From: an archaeon
Lineage (GTDB): Archaea; Asgardarchaeota; Thorarchaeia; Thorarchaeales; Thorarchaeaceae
DNA length: 64,000 nucleotides
Assembly (NCBI GenBank): GCA_024275415.1
Contig: JAJRZD010000012.1
Coordinates: 17,796 to 81,795, forward strand
Direction: 5' to 3'
Shown here: one piece after another, positions 50,463-60,739 of the stretch
Numbering within the stretch: the stretch's first letter is position 1
Layout: each line of letters begins with the position of its first letter
Translations under genes and position numbers: made by a program
Notes under the pieces: model-generated
What the model was told of the DNA's origin: nothing
Databases searched by the model: none
The model's input: only the letters and a program-made list of their open reading frames with translations

Positions 50463-51478
50463 CCCTCCTTGAACAGCTTCAGGCTGTAGTTCCTGAAGGA
50501 CTCGAACTTCGCCTTTGCATGCCCTTCGACAATTGCGTTCCGTGCGAGTTCGATACCTTCACCTATGTCTTTGACCATATTACTGACATAGAGCCCAGCC
50601 CCTGCATTCAGGAGGACTATGTCCACATACGGGGAAGGGTTGCCATCCAGCACCTCAGTCAGTATCTTTGCATTGGTGTCTGGCGACCCTCCTGCTATGT
50701 CTCGGACATGCACACGAGCAAGACCGAAGTCATCCGGTGTGATCTCGTAAGATTCCACCTTGCCATGTTCCAGTTCCGAAATCCTTGTGGATCCAGTAGT
50801 CGTCAGCTCATCAAGCCCTGAACCATGTGCGACGATTGCGTGTTCCAGTCCGAACCTACCAAGCACCTTTGCGAGAGGTTCCGTCAACTCCGAATCGTAG
50901 ACACCCATGAGCTGGTACTTTACGTTAGCAGGGTTTGTCAGCGGTCCAAGGACGTTGAAGACTGTACGCAACCCCAGCTCTCGACGTGGGGCAATGGCGT
51001 ACTTCATCGCATGATGGAACAATGGCGCGAACAGAAACCCAATCCCGATGTCGTTCACGCACCTCTCGGTCTGCAGTGGTGTTAGGTCTATATGGACTTT
51101 CAGTTCCTCAAGAAGATCCGCAGAGCCACATTTGCTCGAAACGCTGCGATTGCCATGCTTTGCAACAGGTGTGCCAGCTGATGCGATTACGAAAGCGGAA
51201 GCCGTGGATATGTTGAACGTGCCCAGTCGGTCGCCCCCAGTCCCACAGGTGTCGAGCGTGTTCTCAGGCACAGATATGCCGATTGCCTTCTTGCGCATGG
51301 TCTTGGCGAAGGCATAGAGTTCTTCCACAGTTTCGCCTTTCATCCGCAGAGCTGTGAGGAACCCTGCAATCTGGGGAGCGCTGGTCACGCCATCCATGAT
51401 GTTCGACATCGCGAGTGCAGCCTCGGCCTCGTTCAGATCCTTTCGTTCCACAAGTTTCTCCAGTACATCTCGAATCAT
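50459..51478 (-). CDS. trpD: Anthranilate phosphoribosyltransferase
   Basis: CGTGGDRLGTFNISTASAFV, plus the N-terminal helical domain. Confidence 0.9.
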   Translation of the reverse strand: MIRDVLEKLVERKDLNEAEAALAMSNIMDGVTSAPQIAGFLTALRMKGETVEELYAFAKTMRKKAIGISVPENTLDTCGTGGDRLGTFNISTASAFVIASAGTPVAKHGNRSVSSKCGSADLLEELKVHIDLTPLQTERCVNDIGIGFLFAPLFHHAMKYAIAPRRELGLRTVFNVLGPLTNPANVKYQLMGVYDSELTEPLAKVLGRFGLEHAIVAHGSGLDELTTTGSTRISELEHGKVESYEITPDDFGLARVHVRDIAGGSPDTNAKILTEVLDGNPSPYVDIVLLNAGAGLYVSNMVKDIGEGIELARNAIVEGHAKAKFESFRNYSLKLFKEG

Positions 51479-52500
51479 GTAAGCACCTCCTTGACGAGTC
51501 TTGACCGTACAGGAGTCTGCCGCACCTCGGACATGAATTCTCTGAACATGTCGAATGTCAATGACTGCGGACCGTCTGACACGGCCTCAGCAGGGTTCGG
51601 ATGTACTTCGATGATGAGACCGTCAGACCCGACAGCCAAGCTCGCTCGTGCAAGGGGAATGACAGTACTCCGCTTGCCTGCCGCATGGCTCGGATCAACG
51701 ATGATCGGGAGATGTGTCAAGCTACGCAGCTCAGGTATCGCCCCGATGTCCAGAGTGAATCGCGAGTGATTACTGTAGGTTCGGATCCCTCTCTCGCAGA
51801 GGATGACATTGTAGTTCCCTTCAGACATGACGTACTCCGCAGCCAAAAGGAACTCGTTGATCGTTGCAGATATCCCTCTCTTCAGTAGGACGGGTTTCTT
51901 GGAGCGTCCTGCCCTCCTCAGAAGCTCGAAGTTCTGCATATTCCTCGCACCTATCTGAATGACATCGACATAACGTTCTACAAGTGGGAACGACTCGATA
52001 TCCAGAGCCTCTGACACGACTGGTAGTCCGGTTCTCATTCTGGCTGCATTGAGTATCTTCAGACCTTCGAGACCCATGCCTTGGAAAGAGTATGGAGATG
52101 TCCGTGGTTTGAAGGCACCTCCTCTAAGCATGTCAGCACCCATCTCTGCGACAGCCGAGGCAGTCGTAGTCATCTGTTCATATGATTCAACCGCACAGGG
52201 TCCTGCAATGATGACAGGGTTCCCTTCACCAAACTGTGCATCTCCTATCTCGATAACTGTTTGTTCTGGTATCATCTCTCGGCTCGTCAGCTTGAATGGT
52301 TTTGTCACATGGATGATTTCTAGCACGCCTGCCATGCCCCCGATGTGGTCTGCATTCACGCGGCCAATGTTTCCAGTGACACCGATCGAAGTTCTCATCG
52401 AACCGGGTATTGGATGGGGTATGAGGCCAATCTTCCGGATGGCATCAACAACCCGATGTATTTGTTCGTCAGTTGCGTCCTTTCTCATTACTACTAACAT
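51475..52500 (-). CDS. 3-deoxy-7-phosphoheptulonate (DAHP) synthase, type Ibeta, with N-terminal ferredoxin-like regulatory domain
   Basis: [23 protein letters not shown]...[11 protein letters not shown] parallels Thermotoga DAHPS (MIVVLKPGSTEEDIRKVV...VLKPYKLVSRE). A KDO8PS-like barrel follows ([10 protein letters not shown]). The ORF track's start at 52530 overlaps aroB; M at 52500 is preferred. Confidence 0.8.
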   Translation of the reverse strand: MLVVMRKDATDEQIHRVVDAIRKIGLIPHPIPGSMRTSIGVTGNIGRVNADHIGGMAGVLEIIHVTKPFKLTSREMIPEQTVIEIGDAQFGEGNPVIIAGPCAVESYEQMTTTASAVAEMGADMLRGGAFKPRTSPYSFQGMGLEGLKILNAARMRTGLPVVSEALDIESFPLVERYVDVIQIGARNMQNFELLRRAGRSKKPVLLKRGISATINEFLLAAEYVMSEGNYNVILCERGIRTYSNHSRFTLDIGAIPELRSLTHLPIIVDPSHAAGKRSTVIPLARASLAVGSDGLIIEVHPNPAEAVSDGPQSLTFDMFREFMSEVRQTPVRSRLVKEVLT

Positions 52501-53582
52501 ACTCTTCCCTCCTGAGTCATGAAGAAGCAATCTGGATCAAGCTCCCTCACATCAGCTTTCCCTACCTCTATGATGATAGGGGCTTTTAGTCGTCCATTGC
52601 GAAGCTTCTTGTCGCTCCTAATGGCGTCATTCACGTCCTTTGATCCTACAAACTTCGGGAGCGTTGTAGGGAGCCCAAAGGCCCTTAATATCTCAACAAG
52701 CTTGTCATGGTCTTCCGTGCAGGTCAGACCCATCTCTACTGATAGTTTCGTTTCTTCGACCATCCCGATGGCAACCGCCTCACCATGAGTGAGTGCATGT
52801 GATGATGCATATTCGATGGCATGCCCGACAGTATGACCGAAGTTCAAGATCTCCCTTATTCCTCGTTCCTCATGCACATCGGCTTGGACTATCCTCACCT
52901 TGTTCCGGATACATCGTTCAACAAGGGTCAGCATGGCAGAACGCTTCCGTTGAATGATGTCAGTGCGATTGTCCTTAAGCCAAGTGAAGAGCCCCTCATC
53001 CATCGTGAAGGCATACTTGATGGCCTCTGCAATGCCATTCAGGAGCTCGTCATGTGGCAGCGTTTCAAGCAACGTGATGTCGTTCAAGACGACTGATGGC
53101 TGATAGAAGGTGCCAATCATGTTCTTGGCACCTCGAAGATTCACTCCTGTCTTCCCGCCCACTGAGGAATCCACCTGTCCTAGCAGGGTCGAGGGGACTT
53201 GGACAAGTCGCATCCCGCGCTTGAATGTCGAGGCAACGAACCCAGCTGTGTCTCCCACAATCCCACCACCAAAGCCCAAGAGCGTGTCAGAGCGTTCGGC
53301 TTGATGATCCAAGAGGGGCAAATACACACGCTCTACAGTGCTGAGGGTCTTGTGTCGCTCGCCACATGGGATCTGTATCACTACTGGCTCGATATTTGCA
53401 CATGTGAAAGCGCTCACAAGTCTGGAGCCGTATAGTCCCATGACGACGGGATCAGACACGATAAATACTCTATGCGTTGTTTGCCCGAGCAGGACATCTA
53501 TCGCATCAAGCAGCTCTTCCCCAAGTTGAATCAAACTCTCACTCTCACCAAGAGTTCTAAGAACCAATGCAGTTTTGGTCAT
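52494..53582 (-). CDS. aroB: 3-dehydroquinate synthase
   Basis: GGGIVGDTAGFVASTFKRGMRLVQVPSTLLGQVDSSVGGKTGVN, plus metal ligands in HTVGHAIE. Confidence 0.9.
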   Translation of the reverse strand: MTKTALVLRTLGESESLIQLGEELLDAIDVLLGQTTHRVFIVSDPVVMGLYGSRLVSAFTCANIEPVVIQIPCGERHKTLSTVERVYLPLLDHQAERSDTLLGFGGGIVGDTAGFVASTFKRGMRLVQVPSTLLGQVDSSVGGKTGVNLRGAKNMIGTFYQPSVVLNDITLLETLPHDELLNGIAEAIKYAFTMDEGLFTWLKDNRTDIIQRKRSAMLTLVERCIRNKVRIVQADVHEERGIREILNFGHTVGHAIEYASSHALTHGEAVAIGMVEETKLSVEMGLTCTEDHDKLVEILRAFGLPTTLPKFVGSKDVNDAIRSDKKLRNGRLKAPIIIEVGKADVRELDPDCFFMTQEGRVC

Positions 53583-53585
53583 CGA

Positions 53586-54143
53586 TCACATCTCCAAGAA
53601 GTTCCGGAGAAGCAATCTGCCACTCTGGGTCAAGATAGACTCGGGATGGAATTGCAGCCCGATGAGCGTCCTTCTCCTATGTTCGATTCCCATGATCTCC
53701 TGCCCTGACCTTGCAATCACCCTGAGCTCATCCGGAAGACTTTCAGGATCGATGACCAGCGAGTGATAGCGTGTCCCGCGCAGAGGATTCGGCACATCTC
53801 GAAAAATCCCTTGTCCATCGTGCTTGATCAACGAGGCCTTTCCATGGACAGGTGCCGCACCTCGCAACACATCAGCTCCAAGCACATATCCGATAGCCTG
53901 ATGCCCAAGACAGATCCCCAGTATAGGGACATCGAGGTGTTTGATGACTTGGTTGGTCACTCGTGCGTTTCTTGGATGCCCTGGCCCGGGCGAGAGGATG
54001 ATGTGGTCGGGATTCCTCTGCTCAATGCGACCAAGCGGAGAATCATTTCGAATGACAGACACATCGGCTCCAAGAGCCCCAGCATACTGAGCGATATTGT
54101 AGACAAAGGAATCGAAGTTGTCAACAATGACGACCTTCGTCAT
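53586..54143 (-). CDS. trpG: Anthranilate synthase component II (glutamine amidotransferase)
   Basis: The class I GATase catalytic Cys is in ILGICLGHQAIG. The His/Glu are in HPES. Confidence 0.9.
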   Translation of the reverse strand: MTKVVIVDNFDSFVYNIAQYAGALGADVSVIRNDSPLGRIEQRNPDHIILSPGPGHPRNARVTNQVIKHLDVPILGICLGHQAIGYVLGADVLRGAAPVHGKASLIKHDGQGIFRDVPNPLRGTRYHSLVIDPESLPDELRVIARSGQEIMGIEHRRRTLIGLQFHPESILTQSGRLLLRNFLEM

Positions 54144-55432
54144 CAGCCCACACCTCCCAGCGCCTTCAATATCGCACCCATCTTATGCTCGGTTTCAAAG
54201 AACTCTCGTTCGGGAGCTGAGTCTGCGACAATCCCTGCTCCTGCCTGCAAGTATGCGTCCTTTCCTCGTATCAGAAGAGAGCGGATTGTGATGGCAAAAT
54301 CCATGTTCCCATTGAAACCAAAGTATCCGACTGCACCTGCATATGGCCCTCGACGAGTCGGCTCAAGAGCGTCAATAATCTCCATGGCGCGTATCTTTGG
54401 AGCCCCTGTGACCGTGCCCGCAGGGAACGCGGCCCGAAGTGCATCAAACTGGTCACAGTCTTTCCGAATCCGACCGCGAACCTGAGACACGATATGCTGC
54501 ACATGGGAAAACTTTTCGACACTCATGAAATCGTCAACCTTCACCGAGCCAAACTCTGCAACCCTTCCTAAGTCGTTCCTATGAAGGTCTACTAGCATCA
54601 CATGCTCTGCTCGTTCCTTTTCGTCGAGCAATAGCTCCACCTTGAGCTTCTCATCCTCTTCAACGTCATTTGACCGCGGTCTTGTACCTGCGATGGGCTT
54701 GGAGGTGAGAACCCCGTCACGCAGCTGGACCAGCATCTCTGGCGACGATCCAATTAGGCACGCCTCTTCGAAATCGAGCATGAACATATAGGGCGACGGG
54801 TTGATCTTGCGAAGAATCTGGTACATCCCGAGTTTGTCACCGTTGAACCTTGCACTGCACCTTCTGGAGATGACAGCTTGGAAAATGTCACCATCGACGA
54901 TGTGCTCGATGGTCTGCTCAACAGCATTCTCGTACTGTTTCCGTGTCATGTTCGAACGGATTCTTCCTATCGATACATCGGGCTCAGGCATCTCGTTTTC
55001 GGTGGTCATTGTGGATACCTCGTCCTTCGAGAAGAGGTACAGATCTCTATGGGCATGATCATAGACCAAGACGACCGCTGGCACGACTAGATGAGCGTCC
55101 GGTAGACCGAGGTCATCCCTTGTTGAGGATGGAATATCCTCGAAGAACCGTGCCATGTCGTACGAAAAGTAGCCTACCATCCCACCCGTGAAGGGAATTG
55201 GTGCCTCAGTTCGATAGCTAATCTGTTCAAATGTTTCTCTCAGGCACTCGTACGGATTCTCGCACACCAATTCGGTCTCGTTGATACGGACCTGATGACC
55301 TTTCGATACAAATGTTAACTCTTGCCCAAAGCCCATGATGGAGTATCGGGCTGTCTTCCGGAAACCTTCCATGGACTCCAAGAGGAAGCTCTCACCTGAA
55401 AACTCCTGTTTCAGCGAAGCATAGGTACACAC
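54143..55432 (-). CDS. trpE: Anthranilate synthase component I
   Basis: It uses a GTG start. SGESFLLESMEGFRKTARYSIMGFG and the C-terminal chorismate-binding GAVGYFGFNGNMDFAITIRS block are present. It is co-linear with Sulfolobus TrpE. Confidence 0.85.
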   Translation of the reverse strand: MCTYASLKQEFSGESFLLESMEGFRKTARYSIMGFGQELTFVSKGHQVRINETELVCENPYECLRETFEQISYRTEAPIPFTGGMVGYFSYDMARFFEDIPSSTRDDLGLPDAHLVVPAVVLVYDHAHRDLYLFSKDEVSTMTTENEMPEPDVSIGRIRSNMTRKQYENAVEQTIEHIVDGDIFQAVISRRCSARFNGDKLGMYQILRKINPSPYMFMLDFEEACLIGSSPEMLVQLRDGVLTSKPIAGTRPRSNDVEEDEKLKVELLLDEKERAEHVMLVDLHRNDLGRVAEFGSVKVDDFMSVEKFSHVQHIVSQVRGRIRKDCDQFDALRAAFPAGTVTGAPKIRAMEIIDALEPTRRGPYAGAVGYFGFNGNMDFAITIRSLLIRGKDAYLQAGAGIVADSAPEREFFETEHKMGAILKALGGVG

Positions 55433-55668
55433 CGGATCAAAAGATGATGGTTTGAGTTTTCGTACGCGAATGCCAGTAAAATGAGTTTCTAATTCAGCCG
55501 TGACTGCATGTGCCCTAGCTGAGCCAATGGCAATCCCGCCTGTCGTAAAGGCAATCCAACCTTAACATAGCATTCACCAAGTGGAGCCCTCAAGGACATG
55601 ATATAAAGCTTGTGCATAATCGGGGCATGATGTTCAAAATTGAGCATCGGGATTTACGATAAGCTGGT

Positions 55669-56406
55669 TCAAACATCGATACCTAGAGCTATATTGGTTT
55701 GCTTGTATGCGTCTTGATAGTCCGTCTTTGAGCTCAGCGCTCTGATCGCATCAATCGTATCAGGGATATGAACACAATGAGAGTCGATGACTTGTACCAA
55801 TGACAATTCAGGGTCTAGCATTATGCTCTCCGCCCATAATGCGGTTTCATACAAGTCCCCTGTTCTTCGAATAGTCCTTCGCACATACTCGAACACGCCA
55901 TCAGTAGTGAGAAGATCCGGCCATGTTGGCAATATGAGTGTCCGATCTTGCAGAGAGCGAAGGATATCCGTCTTTGTCGGCATTTGCTTGAACTCTACGA
56001 CCACCAAAGATGTGCTCATCAAAAGTGAAGGAATCTTGAAACTTGTGACATGAAATCTTACTTCGGAAAAGACCTTTTTCCATTCGTTTGACAGCAATTC
56101 CGGAAATCGGGGATAGTCATACTGGATAGCATCTATCGCCCCTTCAGGACGCATCAACTCACCACTGGCCCTGACAAGTGTGCAAAACACTCGTGCGATC
56201 CCGAAATCAGTGTCCAGACGATACAGACATCTCGTCAACGAAACCATATATGGTATTGGTATCCTCACCGAATCTCTACCTATTGCATGTGCATAATTCG
56301 CACAGGAGATGAATACAGGCACATCCGCTACTGAAAAATCCTCACCTGCCTGAAAGACTACCTTCTTTTCTAGCTCAGCGTAAAGTGGCTTGTTCTTTCT
56401 TGCCAT
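55669..56406 (-). CDS. Hypothetical protein (245 aa) at the boundary of the AT-rich island
   Basis: ORF only. I recognise no motif. Confidence 0.35.
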   Translation of the reverse strand: MARKNKPLYAELEKKVVFQAGEDFSVADVPVFISCANYAHAIGRDSVRIPIPYMVSLTRCLYRLDTDFGIARVFCTLVRASGELMRPEGAIDAIQYDYPRFPELLSNEWKKVFSEVRFHVTSFKIPSLLMSTSLVVVEFKQMPTKTDILRSLQDRTLILPTWPDLLTTDGVFEYVRRTIRRTGDLYETALWAESIMLDPELSLVQVIDSHCVHIPDTIDAIRALSSKTDYQDAYKQTNIALGIDV

Positions 56407-56742
56407 AGGTTGGTCTTGGTTCTATTCTTCAATTCTTAGTACGATTGCATCCAATGCAATCAAATCGAAGATAACAAATCCAGGCCCGCAGGCTTTCTTG
56501 GATGCAGCAAAAGATAGGTTCAGGAATCTGGCATCATACCTAGAATACTCCATCTTTGCGAATGCAATCATCATTTCGATTGCATTATTCCTGCTTGCAA
56601 AATCTGCATGGCATTTCATGCAGCCAACCTAGAGCTGTCTGTCTGCATAGGGGACAAAGCAAAATGATTTTCAAGGTGTTGAAGATGAATAATCTTCTCT
56701 ATCATATCCGGATAGGATGTTTGTAGAATAGGAGATAATGAG

Positions 56743-57066
56743 ATGGATGGTATAACTAGCCTGATTGTAATGCTACTTCTTCAGGGAATAGCAGCAATTC
56801 TATTCTTACTGATGATTAATCATATGAGGTTAGTAGGGACTATTGGTACGGCTCGCGAAACAGTACCTTTAAGGGAGAAGGTCGCTGTTTTAGTTGCATA
56901 TCTCGGTTCTATTTCTTTGCTAACCATGATATCGCTAATTATTGGTTTGGACTCAATCTCAGGTCCCATTTATGGAGGTTCATTTGCCCTCGTAGCCAGT
57001 GTGCTTGTAGCGCTTCTGGTTCTTGGAAGGGAGTACCTGGACTCTGAAGCCGATACAGAGCAGTAA
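56743..57066 (+). CDS. Small hydrophobic protein (3 TM), island-associated
   Basis: The ORF is 107 aa with three hydrophobic helices. It lies in the AT-rich segment. Confidence 0.35.
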   Translation: MDGITSLIVMLLLQGIAAILFLLMINHMRLVGTIGTARETVPLREKVAVLVAYLGSISLLTMISLIIGLDSISGPIYGGSFALVASVLVALLVLGREYLDSEADTEQ

Positions 57067-57278
57067 ACATGATAATTGGTTTCACTTGTTTGTGTTCTTT
57101 ATATAAAGGAAATGAGAACAGGTGGATCAAGTACTACTGGCGTGTAAAATGGCTTGTTGGAATTATGTACCTGCTCGCAATAGTTAAGTTTTCGTTTATT
57201 GTTATGTTACTTATCTTGATTGCATTCCTTTGGGGCAGAAGCATTGAATACTATACATTGCACTAATGTAATTGGCAG

Positions 57279-57623
57279 GTGGTGATTTATATGATAGGAG
57301 CTATTCTACTGGCATTGGGTTCGTCTTGCCTCTTTCTAGTCATTGCACTTGACACATTTTCAGAGAAATTCGAACACACATTCATGCGGGGCTTATCACA
57401 TAGGATCTCGAGTTCTCCTACATTCAATCTCGTATCATACGAAGGCACCATTCCCTTCTTCCTTCTTGGTTTGCATCTACTCATTGAAAAAACCCAAAAT
57501 CCGATGCTGCTTGATGGATATCCCGACCTCTGGAGTCGAATAGTGACTTGGTTGCCTTTGGTATTCGGTTTTGCTCTTGAATATGGTGCGTTTCGGACGA
57601 TTTGGAATGGCTCGAAAGAATGA
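57279..57623 (+). CDS. Small hydrophobic protein (3 TM), island-associated
   Basis: The ORF is 114 aa. The helices are MIGAILLALGSSCLFLVIAL, IPFFLLGLHLLI and IVTWLPLVFGFAL. Confidence 0.35.
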   Translation: MVIYMIGAILLALGSSCLFLVIALDTFSEKFEHTFMRGLSHRISSSPTFNLVSYEGTIPFFLLGLHLLIEKTQNPMLLDGYPDLWSRIVTWLPLVFGFALEYGAFRTIWNGSKE

Positions 57624-57944
57624 GAATGCCATTTATGATATTGCAGAGGAAATTTTAGAAGCAAATGACAGCCCCCTGAATGGTTTCGAGGAGGCTATGC
57701 AGTACCTTCAGGGTTGCAAAGGGAAATATCGTTTTGTTGATGAGGACACATTTCTCAAACGACTATCTGATCGAGATGACGATATCGGCATTCTTGCGAA
57801 ACAACACATTTCACCGCCAGATGCAGATTAGTCTTTCTCAATGCGATTTCTCAGATGTCTGCTTATTCGCTGTTTGGTTATCTTATCACCGATTAGAATA
57901 AGTTAGTTGGGCTTCGAAGAACTCCGGCTCAATGCAGCTACATC

Positions 57945-58784
57945 ATGGTGGATGTGCGCCTCCACGACATCAACGTCGTCACAGACCTCGACCAGCACGA
58001 CCCTAACTCGTCCACTCCTGATGAGCCTGTTGAATATGATGGTACTGTAACAGGTCAAATCACCTCTGAGGCGTCTATATCCCAAGGTGATGATTTGAGT
58101 TCAGCCGGAGAACTTGTAGTAATATGGTGGGAAGGGTGGTGGCCAACATTGCATATCGAGATTCTTAAACCAGGTGGCTCAGTGGCCACCCAAATAACAG
58201 GTCAAGAAGGTATTCTTGTATATCTCACTGTGGATATTATTGGTTCTGTCAATATAGTCGATGGGTTCATACTAGATTGGGTATTGGACCTGTTGAACAT
58301 CTCAGATGCACAATGGCAGATTCTGATGGGAGTGATGTTCTTGATCACTGGTTCAATAATTGGATATGTTCTCACAAAGTTTTTCATGGCTGCATTACTC
58401 GCGTTCATGGTTGTGGATGCGTCGTTCAACTCTGGTGTATTGGGAGTTGGAATTGGATTTGCAATTCTGACCTTAGTAACTACTTGGAAATTGAGTGACC
58501 TTGTGTATCAACAACGCCAGCAATACGATGCTCCGGTAATCGTTTGGTTAGTCCTCATGATGATGGCATTTAATACATTCAGAAGAAGAGGTTCCGCAGA
58601 CTTCCGAGAGGATCTCAAAGACAAAGCTTCTGACCTGTTCATGTTTGCAGCTGAAATGCTTGGTTACAGTTCTGGAACAAAAATAGGAGTTTTATTCGGA
58701 AGATTCACATATATCTTCCTGGGTGCTTGCATAGCAGCAAGTGCACTTGCAATTCTCAGCATCTGGAATGAGGCTGGTAAATAG
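57945..58784 (+). CDS. Paralog 1 of WWP-LHI membrane protein family (conserved N-terminal module + ~5 TM)
   Basis: MVDVRLHDINVVTDLDQHDPNSSTPDEPVEYDGTVTG...VVIWWEGWWPTLHIEIL...TVDIIGS, then polytopic TM. Confidence 0.6.
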   Translation: MVDVRLHDINVVTDLDQHDPNSSTPDEPVEYDGTVTGQITSEASISQGDDLSSAGELVVIWWEGWWPTLHIEILKPGGSVATQITGQEGILVYLTVDIIGSVNIVDGFILDWVLDLLNISDAQWQILMGVMFLITGSIIGYVLTKFFMAALLAFMVVDASFNSGVLGVGIGFAILTLVTTWKLSDLVYQQRQQYDAPVIVWLVLMMMAFNTFRRRGSADFREDLKDKASDLFMFAAEMLGYSSGTKIGVLFGRFTYIFLGACIAASALAILSIWNEAGK

Positions 58785-58795
58785 AGGAATGGCCG

Positions 58796-59188
58796 ATGAT
58801 ACAAGATGTCGTTAATTTCATTATGTGGATTTGGGACTTGATCGGAATCGAGATTGTCGTATTTCTTCTACCAGGCATAGTACTGCAAATCACCAGCCAA
58901 GAGCTGGAAAAACGCATTCGCAACAATCTGGATAATGCTGTTCCGAACTCGGTTCAAAGAAGGCCTCTATCTGAGAGATACTTGAGTAATAGGAAACTCT
59001 GGGGTTTCACTTTGAACATCCTACTGTACGCCTCTCTCATCTTGAAGGGCATATTTGGATACATATTCCTTGGGTTTCTTGGAGCTTTTCTATTTACAAT
59101 TCCAGAGATCATGCTCGACAAAACGCGATATACAGTGTTTACAATAGAGTCCCGTATGAATCTGCTAGTACAAGAAAAGAACGAGTGA
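58796..59188 (+). CDS. Small membrane partner protein of paralog 1 (130 aa, ~4 TM)
   Basis: It starts 12 bp after the paralog 1 stop. TM helices flank a basic loop (KRIRNNLDNAVPNSVQRRPLSERY). Confidence 0.45.
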   Translation: MIQDVVNFIMWIWDLIGIEIVVFLLPGIVLQITSQELEKRIRNNLDNAVPNSVQRRPLSERYLSNRKLWGFTLNILLYASLILKGIFGYIFLGFLGAFLFTIPEIMLDKTRYTVFTIESRMNLLVQEKNE

Positions 59189-59198
59189 TGGCGGAAAC

Positions 59199-59900
59199 TT
59201 GAGAGCACCGCAGCTGACGCAGGATTTGCCTGCCGGAGAGAACCCTCCTCAAACCGGATTGGATGGCACCAATAGTGGCCCCGGTGAAAAGTACCTAATA
59301 ATGTTGGATAACGAACTAGTGTCTGCGTTGGCTAATATAGTGACATATTGGATCGGGTGGTGGCCAGTCCTCCATATTGTGATTTCTAAAACATTCAACC
59401 CGGATGTATCATTTAGTCCACATGGTACAGTAGATCTCTTAGATCCTGGTTCGTTGGAAGGCTTTTCGTATGCTTTCTATGGTGCTCAGAGCATGACGCA
59501 ATCAGATGTGGCTGAATTGATGGCTGGTGGGCTTGGAGCTGCAACCACTCAATATCTAATATTGTATTGCGTGGCAATCATTGGACTCCATTTCGTCTTT
59601 CTGCTTTCTGTGATTAATTTTCTTAGAAGTATGACTCTGACCGAGATCGAAGTTCAGCAAATGTTTGTTGGGATTGTATTTAACTCAATATTGGTTTCTG
59701 CAGCGGCTCTTCATACACTCAATGGAATGAAGGAAGGAATTCGAGGAATGTTAGAATACTTTTCATCCCGATACAAAGCATCCAAACCTGGCCAACCCGG
59801 AGCCATAGGGAGAGGCAATGTTATTGTGCTTCTAATGAATTTCATTCTAATAGCAATGACAATATGCGCTTTTGTTGGTCTCACACAAGGGTGGTGGTAG
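59199..59900 (+). CDS. Paralog 2 of WWP-LHI membrane protein family (TTG start; lacks the VD-R-HD-NVV prefix)
   Basis: LTQDLPAGENPPQTGLDGTNSG...IVTYWIGWWPVLHIVIS...TVDLLDPGS, then TM helices. It starts 11 bp after the preceding stop. Confidence 0.55.
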   Translation: MRAPQLTQDLPAGENPPQTGLDGTNSGPGEKYLIMLDNELVSALANIVTYWIGWWPVLHIVISKTFNPDVSFSPHGTVDLLDPGSLEGFSYAFYGAQSMTQSDVAELMAGGLGAATTQYLILYCVAIIGLHFVFLLSVINFLRSMTLTEIEVQQMFVGIVFNSILVSAAALHTLNGMKEGIRGMLEYFSSRYKASKPGQPGAIGRGNVIVLLMNFILIAMTICAFVGLTQGWW

Positions 59901-59981
59901 ATTGGGTGAAGAACTAAAGCATATAAGACCATCCTCAATGTCATCATATCCCAGTATTTCCATCGAAAAGGAGGAGCAGGA

Positions 59982-60341
59982 ATGGATATCGTAGTATTAT
60001 ATTCAGTGGGCATCCTTCCTTGCGTAATCGGAATCTTGTATGCAATCAATGCCAATGGCAAAATTGGAAAATATACACGAGGTGAGATTGAGGGAATCTC
60101 AGGTTTGGGAGTCTGGTATGCAGACAATATCAATAGCTTTCAAAGAATTGGTGTGTTTTTTTGGGTGCTGTTCACTTCCCCTCATTTCTTTAGCCTTCTA
60201 CTTGCATATCTGTTCTTTCCTGAACTGGCGACTATTACTCTTGGTGCTGTTTACCCTGGGATACTTCTCAGTACGCTTGGAGCGTTCGCGGTTACTTACA
60301 ATCAAAAACAACTATCCAAAACAAACGATATATACCGATAG
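59982..60341 (+). CDS. Small membrane partner protein of paralog 2 (119 aa, ~4 TM)
   Basis: Hydrophobic ORF 81 bp downstream of paralog 2. It is unrelated in sequence to the other partners. Confidence 0.4.
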   Translation: MDIVVLYSVGILPCVIGILYAINANGKIGKYTRGEIEGISGLGVWYADNINSFQRIGVFFWVLFTSPHFFSLLLAYLFFPELATITLGAVYPGILLSTLGAFAVTYNQKQLSKTNDIYR

Positions 60342-60739
60342 GGGGAAGATAGAGATGATCCAAGGAAAATCTCTACTCATTCTCTTTTGTTGGTACGCTA
60401 TCAGTCGAACTACTACATTTAACTTTCTTGATACTTGAGGCTTTGTAGAATAAATCACCCCCCGTTGAGCTTTACTTGCCAACATGGGTGTTCACCTTGA
60501 TGGAAATCACAGACGCACAGTGGGACATGATAATGTCTAGCATCAAGTGGGAATACTACCAGTCACACAATTGACCTGATTTTTGGGCTCAAAGAATCGT
60601 CAAGGACTCATGCGGGGTTGTTAGTTGTGAATGTCATTTGTTTCGCAGCTATAGTTGTTATTGCAAATGGCATAGCATTCTTAGGTTGGTAAAGTATATT
60701 GACACCCAGTACCGCCATTGAGCCTTCGGAGGAAGCGAC

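Noticed and set aside
60342-60739. 400-bp gap in the island checked for a degenerate fifth paralog or RNA gene
   Set aside because: A short frame (MGVHLDGNHRRTVGHDNV) only vaguely echoes the VHD-NVV module and is stopped after 18 codons. There is no convincing structure, so it was left unannotated.
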